Source: an uncultured Chloroflexia bacterium
Lineage (GTDB): Bacteria > Chloroflexota > Anaerolineae > Anaerolineales > Anaerolineaceae
Assembly: GCA_963704755.1 (NCBI GenBank)
Contig: OY969938.1
Location: forward strand, 2,580,001 to 2,612,000
Length of the DNA: 32,000 nt
Direction: 5' to 3'
In this document: piece by piece, positions 8,998 to 17,161 of the stretch
How the letters are laid out: every line of letters begins with the position of its first letter
Position numbering within the stretch: position 1 is the stretch's first letter
Made by a program: the position numbers and the translations under genes
The notes under the pieces: generated by a model
What the model saw: the letters and a program-made list of their open reading frames with translations, nothing else
The model's database searches: none
What the model was told of the DNA's origin: nothing

Positions 8998-9099
8998 GTG
9001 TCGGGTGTCAGGGGTCAAGTGTCAAGGTGATTCAGTGTTTCGGTGACTCGGTGATTCGGTGTTTCAAGGTTGCGGTGGTGTCGTTTTGAAGTTTTGAAG
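8998..9099. repeat. degenerate tandem array with about 8-nt period (GTGNYTCR units); C-rich and G-poor on the minus strand
   Basis: The plus strand reads gtgtcgg gtgtcagg ggtcaa gtgtcaag gtgattca gtgtttcg gtgactcg gtgattcg gtgtttcaag gttgcg gtggtgtcg ttttgaag ttttgaag. Five consecutive exact 8-nt units lie at 9019-9058. Confidence 0.6.
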
Positions 9100-9162
9100 G
9101 GTATGGGTTGGGATGAGGGTAGATGCCGGCCGGACCAGGCGCCCGGTTTGATTCGCGTTGCG

Positions 9163-10200
9163 CTATCCAATTTCACGGCGAATTTCTTCCCAGACCCGGC
9201 TCACGTCGAGGGGAGCGAATTCGGGCAGGGCGAAATTTTCCTTGCACAGCCGGTAGATGACCCGGTTGTAAGGAACGTCGATCTTGAAACGGCCGGCCAG
9301 CGAGAGCAGGTAGCCGTTGAGGTATTCCAATTCGGTCTCGGCGCTCTTGCGCTGCAAAACGTCCTGGCCCATACTGCTCAATACAAATTGCTTGAGGTTA
9401 CTCCGAAAGCTGCCTTGGGTCATAAACTGGGGCAATTTGGCGGCTGCCCACAGCAAGCTCCAGGAGGGCGTTCCCTTCAGGCGCTCTTGGCGGTACCCGG
9501 CCGCGCGGACCACCCTCACGCCCTCATAGACCGTTCCGGCCAATATTTTTTGAAAAAGCCCGGTTTCATTCCCATCCCGAAAATCTCTGCGGATCAGGGT
9601 GGTGATGGAATTGCCCAGGTTGATAATCAATTTGCAATGAGCCGCGTCTTGCAGCCGTTGGGTCACCACTGTCTCGACCACCGGGCTAAAGAGCGCCGCC
9701 AGGGTCTGCATCTCTTCTTGCAGCAAATTATCCGGGGTACCCAGGGTGAGCGGGCCCTTGCGTTGGTAGCCAATCAGCCCAGGCGCTTCCACCCAGGCGT
9801 TGTAGGTGATCAGGCAGTAGATCACCCGCGAAAAATAACGCGGCAGGATTTTCTGGTTCTCGACCCCGTTTTGCATCCCCACAATGATGGGCCGGTCACC
9901 CAGCTTCTCCTTGACCATCTGGGCGACGTGGTCCAGGTCGTACAGCTTGACCGAGATCAAGACCACGTCCGCATCGGGGACTTCTTCCAGGTCCTCGATA
10001 ACCTTGACTTTGACGGTCGCTTTTTGTTCAGGCCGGTCGCCGCGATAGGTGGTCATCCCGTTCGCGCGCAGCACCTCGGCGGTTTTACCCCGGCTGAGTA
10101 AAAATGTGTTCTCGTGCTGGGAAGCAATCCAGGCTCCGGCCGATCCGCCGATCGCGCCTGTGCCCAGAAAGACGATTTTCTTATCCGCAAAATTTGGCAT
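9163..10200 (-). CDS. 2-dehydropantoate 2-reductase (ApbA/PanE) family oxidoreductase
   Basis: It has an N-terminal Rossmann motif (KIVFLGTGAIGGSAG) and the ApbA N- and C-domain layout, at 345 aa. Confidence 0.75.
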   Translation of the reverse strand: MPNFADKKIVFLGTGAIGGSAGAWIASQHENTFLLSRGKTAEVLRANGMTTYRGDRPEQKATVKVKVIEDLEEVPDADVVLISVKLYDLDHVAQMVKEKLGDRPIIVGMQNGVENQKILPRYFSRVIYCLITYNAWVEAPGLIGYQRKGPLTLGTPDNLLQEEMQTLAALFSPVVETVVTQRLQDAAHCKLIINLGNSITTLIRRDFRDGNETGLFQKILAGTVYEGVRVVRAAGYRQERLKGTPSWSLLWAAAKLPQFMTQGSFRSNLKQFVLSSMGQDVLQRKSAETELEYLNGYLLSLAGRFKIDVPYNRVIYRLCKENFALPEFAPLDVSRVWEEIRREIG

Positions 10201-10281
10201 GCCGCAATTTTACTTGTGCAGCAACGCGAATACAAGTTATCTTTAGGGAGGGCGTTTTTCAACACCCTGCCCATTTAGAAT

Positions 10282-10330
10282 TTAAGAATAAATAATGGGG
10301 CGGCGATGCCGCCCCATTATTTATTCTTAA
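10282..10330. repeat. perfect 23-bp-stem hairpin (ATGGGGCGGC-core type)
   Basis: ttaagaataaataatggggcggc, loop gat, gccgccccattatttattcttaa. The core resembles the 6902-6950 palindrome. Confidence 0.8.
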
Positions 10331-10366
10331 TATTTTTGGTAAATGTTCAGCCTGAATGGGAAGAAC

Positions 10367-10421
10367 CCCGAATTTGAGGTGTTTGTGGGGACGACGTCCC
10401 CACAAACACCTCAAATTCGGG
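10367..10421. repeat. perfect 25-bp-stem hairpin (TTGAGGTGTTTGTGGGG family)
   Basis: cccgaatttgaggtgtttgtgggga, loop cgacg, tccccacaaacacctcaaattcggg. It lies downstream of the 10511..11287 gene. Confidence 0.8.
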
Positions 10422-10510
10422 AACTTTTTAACAATGGCCTGAATAGTTACTATTATTGTTGAAAAGTGACTTTTTTAACCAATTTCCAAAATGGCCAGTA
10501 AAAAAGCGCA

Positions 10511-11287
10511 CTAGAGCGCGGCTCGAATCGCATCTATGGATGAGTGGAAATCCTCTTCGCCAAATATTTCCATCGACAGCACGCCGGAATAACCCGCCTG
10601 GACGATATAGGCCAGCACGCGAGCCAGCTCGGGCCGGGGCACGTGGCGCAGGGATTTGTGGGCGCGTCCATCGATGCCGTGGATGTGCAGCACGCGCGCG
10701 TTACCGAGGTGTTTTTGCAGGTAAGGCAGCGGATCGCGGCCATCCAGCCACAAATGGCCGATATCGATGCAGCGTGGGGCCGGTACCCGCCGCAGAACCT
10801 CATCCCAGAAGTCGAGCGGGTAGGTCTCCAGGTTTTCCACCGCCAGGTTGGCCGGCGAACCGGTCCAGGCGGAAACAATCTCCAGAGCGCGGGCCGCCTG
10901 CCGGTTCCAGGCCTCGATCCGGGCCGGGTCGCTGCTGGCCTGTACCTCGCGCCCGTCCAGGTGGGCCACAAAGGCCCAGGGCTCCAGCGCCAGGGTGAGC
11001 TCGATTACCTTATGAGCTTTGCGCAGCGAGACGTGCTCTTCCTGCCCGTCTTCGCCCAGGCGCAAGTCCAGCGGCAGGTGGACGGTGTAACTCAACTGGT
11101 GCTGTTGGGCTACCCGGTGCAGTTCGTGGATGGTGGCCTCGTCGGGGATATTGCTCGGCCCGTCATCGTTATCGAACAATACCAGCTCGACGTCATCTAC
11201 CTGGCCGGCCAGGTAACGAACGTTGGGCAGGATCTCATCCGGGATGATATACGATGTGGTGCCAATGCGGAAAGGGAAGCGCTTCAT
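10511..11287 (-). CDS. xylose-isomerase-like TIM-barrel protein (sugar phosphate isomerase/epimerase family, possibly CbiR-like)
   Basis: The N-terminus FRIGTTSYIIPDEILPNVRYLAGQVDDVELVLFD and the later HLPLDL / HIHG metal-site-like motifs fit the AP-endonuclease-2 / TIM-barrel fold. GGAG lies 9 nt upstream of the ATG. Confidence 0.7.
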   Translation of the reverse strand: MKRFPFRIGTTSYIIPDEILPNVRYLAGQVDDVELVLFDNDDGPSNIPDEATIHELHRVAQQHQLSYTVHLPLDLRLGEDGQEEHVSLRKAHKVIELTLALEPWAFVAHLDGREVQASSDPARIEAWNRQAARALEIVSAWTGSPANLAVENLETYPLDFWDEVLRRVPAPRCIDIGHLWLDGRDPLPYLQKHLGNARVLHIHGIDGRAHKSLRHVPRPELARVLAYIVQAGYSGVLSMEIFGEEDFHSSIDAIRAAL

Positions 11288-11402
11288 CGATGAACTCCAG
11301 GGGTTAATTCAGGCCCACAAAAAACGCCCTTCTGCGGACCGGCCGGTTTAATTTCCGGCCACTGGATTATAGGCCCAATTAGACGCCATCTGAGAGTTCG
11401 AA

Positions 11403-11449
11403 TTTTGGGGTGTTTTTGTGGGGCTTCGCCCCACAAAAACACCCCAAAA
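11403..11449. repeat. perfect 22-bp-stem hairpin (TTGGGGTGTTTTTGTGGGG variant)
   Basis: ttttggggtgtttttgtggggc, loop ttc, gccccacaaaaacaccccaaaa. It starts 8 nt beyond the FeoA-like stop and has no U-run. Confidence 0.8.
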
Positions 11450-11456
11450 CATGCAC

Positions 11457-11711
11457 CTACGGGATAACGCGCACGAAAATGCCCGCGACGGTCGCGCTGT
11501 CGGCAGCGTATTTCCTTTGCCCGGCCCAGAAGACCACGTGGCGGCCGGAATGGACCACCACGCGCACACGCTCGTGCGGAATCAGCCCCAGGCTTTGCAA
11601 CATGGATATTTCTCCCGGTTCAAAATAAGCAATCGAGCCTTCCTGGCCGTTTTTTAGCTCGCACAGCGGCTTGATGGCAGCGTCTTGTGTGCGGATATCG
11701 TTTTTATTCAT
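11457..11711 (-). CDS. FeoA-domain small protein
   Basis: The 84-aa sequence LCELKNGQEGSIAYFEPGEISMLQSLGLIPHERVRVVV...AADSATVAGIFV fits the FeoA SH3-like pattern. GGGAG / AAGGA precede the ATG. No feoB is present in the window. Confidence 0.65.
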   Translation of the reverse strand: MNKNDIRTQDAAIKPLCELKNGQEGSIAYFEPGEISMLQSLGLIPHERVRVVVHSGRHVVFWAGQRKYAADSATVAGIFVRVIP

Positions 11712-11795
11712 TCCTTATGCTCCCTTGAGTAGTCCAGAATTATCTACGGGCATTCTGGAAACAGGCTGCCTTGAGACCAATATGTTAAAGAATTT

Positions 11796-11846
11796 CCGAA
11801 ATTGAGGTGTTTGCGGTTGAAAACCCCGCAAGCACCTCGATTTCGG
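11796..11846. repeat. 21-bp-stem hairpin with 2 mismatches (TTGAGGTGTTTGCGG variant), followed by a T-run on the plus strand
   Basis: ccgaaattgaggtgtttgcgg, loop ttgaaaacc, ccgcaagcacctcgatttcgg, then tgtttttttct. Confidence 0.7.
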
Positions 11847-11943
11847 TGTTTTTTTCTGTCCGGCTAAGCAGCTACCCATTATTCTAGGGAGCAATCGTGG
11901 ATTAATTGTGAAGAGAATTTGGAAGAATTGTGTAAGTCCAGGC

Positions 11944-13482
11944 TCAACCGCTGAACTGGGTGTAATCGTAAGCGCTCAACCACACCAGCCAGTGACCGTT
12001 CCGGTTGATGAAAAAGTAATCGCTGACGCCGTCCAGCGTGTCCACCTGCACCCACCAGGAAACATCCAGAGTTTGTTGGCCGCAGGCGCCGACCAGCAAG
12101 TCCGCCAGGGGCGAGGCGGCAGCGGGGCTGGCCGTAATCTTGGCGGTCTCGATTACCGCGTATTCCCGGCGCAGCTCAAGCCCGGTGACCGGCCAGTAAG
12201 CCACGTCGCTGTTCTGGCGGATGCGGAGAACGTCGCCCGAACGCACGGCCAGCAGGATGGGTTTGAGGGTGGCGGCGTCCGGCGCAATCCTGGCCTGGAC
12301 GCTGCCCAGGTCAGGGCAGCCATGCCCGCTGATCCACATCCCGGTCGCCTCGACGACCTGGCGGAGGGGGTCTGCGGCCGGGTAAATATCGGCCGGAAAA
12401 GCCGGGTCGGGCGGGTAAGTCGGCACAGCGGTCGGGGTGGGCCGGTCCTGGGCCGCCAGGGTAGGCGTGGGGGTTGCAGGGAGCGCCTGCGAAAGCTGCC
12501 CCAGCTTCAGGTCGTAGGCCCAGGTCGTGCTTAAATCGGCGCCCAGCAGGCGCAGGCTGCCGGGCTGGTCCCAATCCACCTGGAGCATGGGCGGATCAGT
12601 CTCACCGAGCAACGGATTCTGGCTACCGGTATCCAGGTTGACGCGGGTCAGTCGGGTCGGGCAGGGGTACTGGTCCTGGCAGTTGCTCTGATTGATATAA
12701 ACCAGCTCGTGCCCATCCGGGGACCAGGCGATCCACTTGACCCATTCGTTGCTGCCGGGCCGGTTAGAAAAATAGACCCCCGCGCCGCTGTTCAGGTCCC
12801 AGACCACCAGCCGGTCCGACACCGCCCCGGCGATTTTCTGCCGGTCAGGGGAATAGACGGCCTCATCCAGCAGCTCGCTCTGGCGCGTGATCGTATCATA
12901 GCGCGAGATAGGCCGGCGCCAGGGGTAGCCTCCGTCCGGCCAGCCCTCGCTGGCGGTAGTGTAGTAAAAGTAGTGGCTGTCGGCCGACCAGAACAGCCCG
13001 CCCAGGCCGGCCGCGCCCATGCTGCCGCAGGTGAGATACTGCGATTCGATTGTTTGGCCGGATATGCTCAAAATTTCGTAGCTGGTTGGCAGGTCAGAGC
13101 CGGGCCCAATTTGGGCGCAGTCGTACAGGATGACCTGCGCCTGCCAATTCCCGTCCGGCGAGTTGAAAGACTGGAACACCCGCGGCGTGACGGTAGCCCG
13201 GATAGCCTCCACACCGGCGGTGCTGGTCTGGCCGTATACGGCGGCATCGCTCAGCGCCTGGGCGGCGGCCGTGGCGGTAGCGTAAGGCCAGTCCAGGCCG
13301 GCAGCCGTTGGGGTAAAGGCTGCACCGGCGGTAGGTGTTGGGGGCAAAAAGGTGCTGGAATGCGGAGCCGGCTGCGGTTGCGTGCCCTGGCCGGTAGGGC
13401 CGGGCTCGACCACCGGCCGGCCAACACACCCGCTGGCCAGCCACCCCAGGATGAACAAAAAGATCAGGCGATTTGGTTTCAT
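11944..13482 (-). CDS. lipoprotein with TolB/PD40-like beta-propeller repeats
   Basis: I set the start at the ATG at 13482, preceded by GAGGGG. The signal peptide has a lipobox (LFILGWLASGC), and SPDG / SPDR motifs recur (NSPDGNW, YSPDRQK, WSPDGHE). Confidence 0.75.
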   Translation of the reverse strand: MKPNRLIFLFILGWLASGCVGRPVVEPGPTGQGTQPQPAPHSSTFLPPTPTAGAAFTPTAAGLDWPYATATAAAQALSDAAVYGQTSTAGVEAIRATVTPRVFQSFNSPDGNWQAQVILYDCAQIGPGSDLPTSYEILSISGQTIESQYLTCGSMGAAGLGGLFWSADSHYFYYTTASEGWPDGGYPWRRPISRYDTITRQSELLDEAVYSPDRQKIAGAVSDRLVVWDLNSGAGVYFSNRPGSNEWVKWIAWSPDGHELVYINQSNCQDQYPCPTRLTRVNLDTGSQNPLLGETDPPMLQVDWDQPGSLRLLGADLSTTWAYDLKLGQLSQALPATPTPTLAAQDRPTPTAVPTYPPDPAFPADIYPAADPLRQVVEATGMWISGHGCPDLGSVQARIAPDAATLKPILLAVRSGDVLRIRQNSDVAYWPVTGLELRREYAVIETAKITASPAAASPLADLLVGACGQQTLDVSWWVQVDTLDGVSDYFFINRNGHWLVWLSAYDYTQFSG

Positions 13483-13617
13483 ATGACCCCTCGCTCTTCC
13501 CCGCCGGGAGCTTGCCTCTGTCACTTACATTCTTTTATCCCGAACCATAACTGTTCAGCCAGGTTCAGATGGGGGACTACGCAGGCTGATTAGTTATCCC
13601 GAACTGATCATTAATAT

Positions 13618-13648
13618 TATATCCCCCGCATAAAACACGGGGGATATA
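13618..13648. repeat. 11-bp-stem hairpin
   Basis: tatatcccccg, loop cataaaaca, cgggggatata. It lies in the spacer downstream of hppA. Confidence 0.6.
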
Positions 13649-13710
13649 TCTTAATTTATCGGAATCCTGAATGAGGTGGCTCTGGAACCAATCGAGCCAG
13701 TCCAGGGGGC

Positions 13711-13751
13711 GTATTTTTGTTTTTACGCAAAGTGCGCAAAAACAAAAATAC
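13711..13751 (-). terminator. AT-rich 19-bp stem (1 mismatch) hairpin immediately after the hppA stop; candidate terminator
   Basis: gtatttttgtttttacgca, loop aag, tgcgcaaaaacaaaaatac. It begins 8 nt from the stop codon at 13759-13761. Confidence 0.5.
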
Positions 13752-13758
13752 CTTTACT

Positions 13759-16083
13759 TCAGTCTCCGGGGGCGGTTTCGACCACCTCGAGCTGCTCGAT
13801 GTGGCGTTTGCTCTGCACAACGCCCCATACCAGCCCACCCACCAGCAGCAGGACCACGACCCAGCCGCCGATCCCCAGGTTTTGGTATTGCACGATGATC
13901 GGCGCGGCGATCAGGCTGACCAGGTTGACGACTTTGATCATCGGGTTGAGCGCCGGGCCGGCCGTATCCTTGAGCGGGTCGCCGACCGTGTCCCCAACCA
14001 CGCCGGCCTTGTGCCGGTCCGAACCCTTGCCGGTGTTCTTGGTCAGGTTGCGCGGCTCATCCTCGATAACCTTCTTGGCATTATCCCAGGCGCCGCCCGA
14101 GTTGGCCATGAACACGGCCAAAAGCTGCCCTGAGAGGATCACCCCGGCCAGAAAGCCGCCCAACGCCTCGACCTGCAGCACCAGCCCCACTACCAGCGGG
14201 CTGAGGATGGCGATCAGGGCCAGCGGGATCAACTCTTTTTGGGCCGAGCGGGTCGAAATGCCCACCACACGGGCGTAATCGGGCTTGCGGCTGCCTTCCA
14301 GAATCCCAGGAATGCGGAACTGGGCGCGTACCTCTTTGACGATCAGCCCGGCAGCGCGCGAGACGGAGCGCAGCGAAAGCGAGGTAAACAGCCAGGGCAG
14401 GGCCCCGCCCAACAGCAGGCCGATAAAGACCTTGGTGTTCGAGACGCGGATGGCATCCAACACCGGCAGGCCCAGGTTGGCCTGCACCCGGCCGACGTCG
14501 GTCATGAAGCTGGCGAACAGGCTCACCGCAGCGATGACCGCCGAGGCAATGGCCACCCCCTTGGTGATGGCCTTGGTGGTATTGCCGACCGCGTCCAGGT
14601 CGGCCAGGATCTGGCGGGCTTTGCGAGTATCCAGGTCGGTCTGGTCGTGCCAGGCCATCTCGCCGATCCCATTGGCGTTATCCGAGATCGGCCCGTAGGA
14701 ATCCATGGCCACGTTATTGCCGGTCTGGCTGAGCATGCCGATCCCGATCATGGCCACCGCGTAGAGGATGAACACCTCGCCCTGGCCGCTGTAAAGCAGC
14801 AAGGCAAAGATGAAGGCGATCACGATCACCCCCAGGGCCCAGACGCTGCTTTCCATACCGATGGAGAGGCCGGAAAGGATGGTGGTAGCCGGGCCGGTGC
14901 TGGTGGCCTGGACGATATCCTGGACAGGTGCGTCTTTGGTGGAAGTGAAGTACGAGGTCAGCGGGTTGAAGACTACCGCCAGAGCCACGCCGATCATGGT
15001 CAGCATACCCAGGCGCCAGTCGTGCGCGTAGAGGATGGCGATCAGGAAAGACCACAGGATGGTATTGAGGCTGGAGATCTCATACGAACGAAACATCGAT
15101 TCCTCCGCGTCATGGGCGCGCAGGAAAGGCAGGGGAAAGTGCTCCCAAACGGGCACACTGAACGTGCCCAGCATCGAGCTGATCACCCCGATGCCGCGGA
15201 TGATCAACGGATAGACGATCCACTTGAGCGAGTGGCTGGGGTCAAGGCTGACCAGGGCCAGCCCCAAAATAAGGGCTGAAACGATGGTGACCTCGTAACT
15301 CTCGAAGATGTCGGCCGCCATGCCGGCACAATCGCCCACGTTGTCGCCCACCAGGTCGGCCACCACGGCGGCATTGCGCGGGTCATCCTCGGGGATATCT
15401 TTTTCAACCTTGCCGACCAGGTCGGCGCCAATATCGGCTGCCTTGGTGTAAATACCCCCACCCACACGCATGAACAGCGCCAGCAAGGTGCCGCCAAAGC
15501 CAAAACCGAGCAGGGCGTCCGGGGCAGCTTTGCCGAATATGATAAAGATGGTCGTACCGCCCAGCAATCCCAGCCCGTCGGTCAGCATCCCGGTGATCGT
15601 ACCGGCGTAGTAAGCGATCGAAAGGGCTTCGGCCAGCGAACCGCGATGGGCCGCGGAAGCCGAGCGCACGTTGGCCTCGATGGCCATACGCATCCCCAGT
15701 TGCCCTACCGAAAGTGAAAAAGTAGCGCCCAGGATAAAGGCAATCGCCCGGCCGACCGCCACAACAATCTGGGTGTTGCGGGGAAATTCATTGAGCGCCT
15801 CCTGGCTGGGCGGGACCACATAAACGCTCAGGAAGAGGGCGATGGCCAGCAGCCCGATGGCCGGCAGGATCGTGCGCAACTGGCGGTTGAGGTAGGAGTT
15901 GGCGCCGATGCGAATGGCGTCCCAGACTTCCTGCATGGTGAGCGTGCCCTTGTCTTTCTTGAGCACGGTCCCGCGCAAAAACCAGGCGTAACACAAGGCC
16001 AGGATAGCGATGCCCAATACCGCCAGTACGGCGATCTGCTCGAAGCCTGTGAGCCCATGTCTTGCCAATCCAAGAATGTTCAT
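13759..16083 (-). CDS. hppA: membrane-bound proton-translocating pyrophosphatase, K+-independent type
   Basis: Motifs present are GDNVGDCAG and GDTVGDPLKDTAGPALN. The GNTTKAITKG motif carries the Lys and Thr determinants of the K+-independent subfamily. I set the start at the ATG at 16083, preceded by GGAGGAAAA, rather than the track start at 16167. Confidence 0.9.
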   Translation of the reverse strand: MNILGLARHGLTGFEQIAVLAVLGIAILALCYAWFLRGTVLKKDKGTLTMQEVWDAIRIGANSYLNRQLRTILPAIGLLAIALFLSVYVVPPSQEALNEFPRNTQIVVAVGRAIAFILGATFSLSVGQLGMRMAIEANVRSASAAHRGSLAEALSIAYYAGTITGMLTDGLGLLGGTTIFIIFGKAAPDALLGFGFGGTLLALFMRVGGGIYTKAADIGADLVGKVEKDIPEDDPRNAAVVADLVGDNVGDCAGMAADIFESYEVTIVSALILGLALVSLDPSHSLKWIVYPLIIRGIGVISSMLGTFSVPVWEHFPLPFLRAHDAEESMFRSYEISSLNTILWSFLIAILYAHDWRLGMLTMIGVALAVVFNPLTSYFTSTKDAPVQDIVQATSTGPATTILSGLSIGMESSVWALGVIVIAFIFALLLYSGQGEVFILYAVAMIGIGMLSQTGNNVAMDSYGPISDNANGIGEMAWHDQTDLDTRKARQILADLDAVGNTTKAITKGVAIASAVIAAVSLFASFMTDVGRVQANLGLPVLDAIRVSNTKVFIGLLLGGALPWLFTSLSLRSVSRAAGLIVKEVRAQFRIPGILEGSRKPDYARVVGISTRSAQKELIPLALIAILSPLVVGLVLQVEALGGFLAGVILSGQLLAVFMANSGGAWDNAKKVIEDEPRNLTKNTGKGSDRHKAGVVGDTVGDPLKDTAGPALNPMIKVVNLVSLIAAPIIVQYQNLGIGGWVVVLLLVGGLVWGVVQSKRHIEQLEVVETAPGD

Positions 16084-16223
16084 TTTTCCTCCGAACAACC
16101 TTAGCAATCTTTTGCTTAACCCATCGGCGAAGGAGCAACAAAATCTCGGGTTTACCTCATTATTCAATTATTCATTACAGACGACTAATTTTACCTTAAA
16201 ATATATTATTATTTCAGCCCCTA

Positions 16224-16292
16224 AATCATGAGGTGTTTTTATTGATTTTCGCGTGCTTCGCACGCGAAAATCAATAAAAACACCTCATGATT
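16224..16292. repeat. perfect 33-bp-stem hairpin (TGAGGTGTTTTTATT subtype), followed by a T-run
   Basis: aatcatgaggtgtttttattgattttcgcgtgc, loop ttc, gcacgcgaaaatcaataaaaacacctcatgatt, then tttt. It sits in the divergent hppA/tetR spacer, not behind any gene. Confidence 0.85.
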
Positions 16293-16372
16293 TTTTGGAC
16301 CGGCCTCCCGTGGCCCGGTCCGAATGGGATAAATGTAACCACCGATTTTGACAAAATTCAGTCGAAGCGGGC

Positions 16373-16400
16373 TTGTAATTTGCGGGGAAGTCTATATAAT
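16373..16400 (+). promoter_or_regulatory. candidate sigma70 promoter of the tetR-ABC operon
   Basis: TTGTAA (16373-16378), a 16-nt spacer and TATAAT (16395-16400), about 100 nt upstream of the tetR ATG. Confidence 0.45.
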
Positions 16401-16435
16401 ACTGTATGACTATATATAATATATAGTCATACAGT
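16401..16435. promoter_or_regulatory. perfect 35-bp palindrome; candidate TetR operator
   Basis: actgtatgactatatat-a-atatagtcatacagt has 17-bp arms around a central A at 16418. It starts directly after the predicted -10 box and covers the expected transcription start. Confidence 0.6.
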
Positions 16436-16498
16436 TACAACCCGGGCTTCTTACCGATCAGACTGAACAGTCATGCCATATATCTATAAGGATGGATT

Positions 16499-17161
16499 AT
16501 GCCAAAAGGATTTAGCGATGAAGAAAAACAATTGATCCGCCAGCGCCTGCTGGAGCAGGGTTATAAGCAGTTTTCGAATTATGGGCTGAAAAAGACCAAC
16601 ATCGAAGAACTGGCTGAGGCGGCCGGCATTTCGAAAGGCGCCTTTTACATCTTCTATGAATCCAAAGAGACCCTCTTTATGGACGTGATCGAGCTGGCCG
16701 AAGAGCGCTTTCGCCGGGATATCCTGGCGATGGTCGCCCAGCCGGGGCCTACTCCACGGGCGCGCTTGTTCAACATTCTGAAAGAAAGTTTTACATTGGT
16801 CATGCACATGCCTATCTTCCAATTCCTGATGGGCATCGACTTCGATCTGCTCTTCCGCCGGGTTCCGGCAGAGAAGCTCCAGGAACACCTGGCCAGTGAC
16901 CGCGTTTTTATCGAAGAGTTGATCAAAAGCTGCCAGGAGGCCGGTATCCCGATCTGCCTGTCGGTCGAACAAATAAGCGAAGTGCTCTATCAGTTGGTCA
17001 TGATGACCATTCATCAGGCCGATTTCGGCGCGGGCGGCCTGCCCGGTACGCCGGACGTGATGCTGGAACTGGTGGCGGCTTATTGCCTGGGTGAAGTGGA
17101 AATTCAAGTGGCAAACGCTGCCCCCGTTCCATCTCCAATCAATGAAGGATTGCAAAAATGA
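16499..17161 (+). CDS. TetR/AcrR family transcriptional regulator
   Basis: It has the N-terminal HTH (GLKKTNIEELAEAAGISKGAFYIFYESKETLF). AAGGATGG provides an SD. The stop overlaps the next ATG (ATGA). Confidence 0.9.
   Translation: MPKGFSDEEKQLIRQRLLEQGYKQFSNYGLKKTNIEELAEAAGISKGAFYIFYESKETLFMDVIELAEERFRRDILAMVAQPGPTPRARLFNILKESFTLVMHMPIFQFLMGIDFDLLFRRVPAEKLQEHLASDRVFIEELIKSCQEAGIPICLSVEQISEVLYQLVMMTIHQADFGAGGLPGTPDVMLELVAAYCLGEVEIQVANAAPVPSPINEGLQK

Noticed and set aside
16484-17155. A 223-aa minus-strand ORF spanning the whole tetR gene.
   Set aside because: The plus-strand product has a clear TetR HTH, an SD and translational coupling to the ABC ATPase. The antisense product has no recognisable features or SD.
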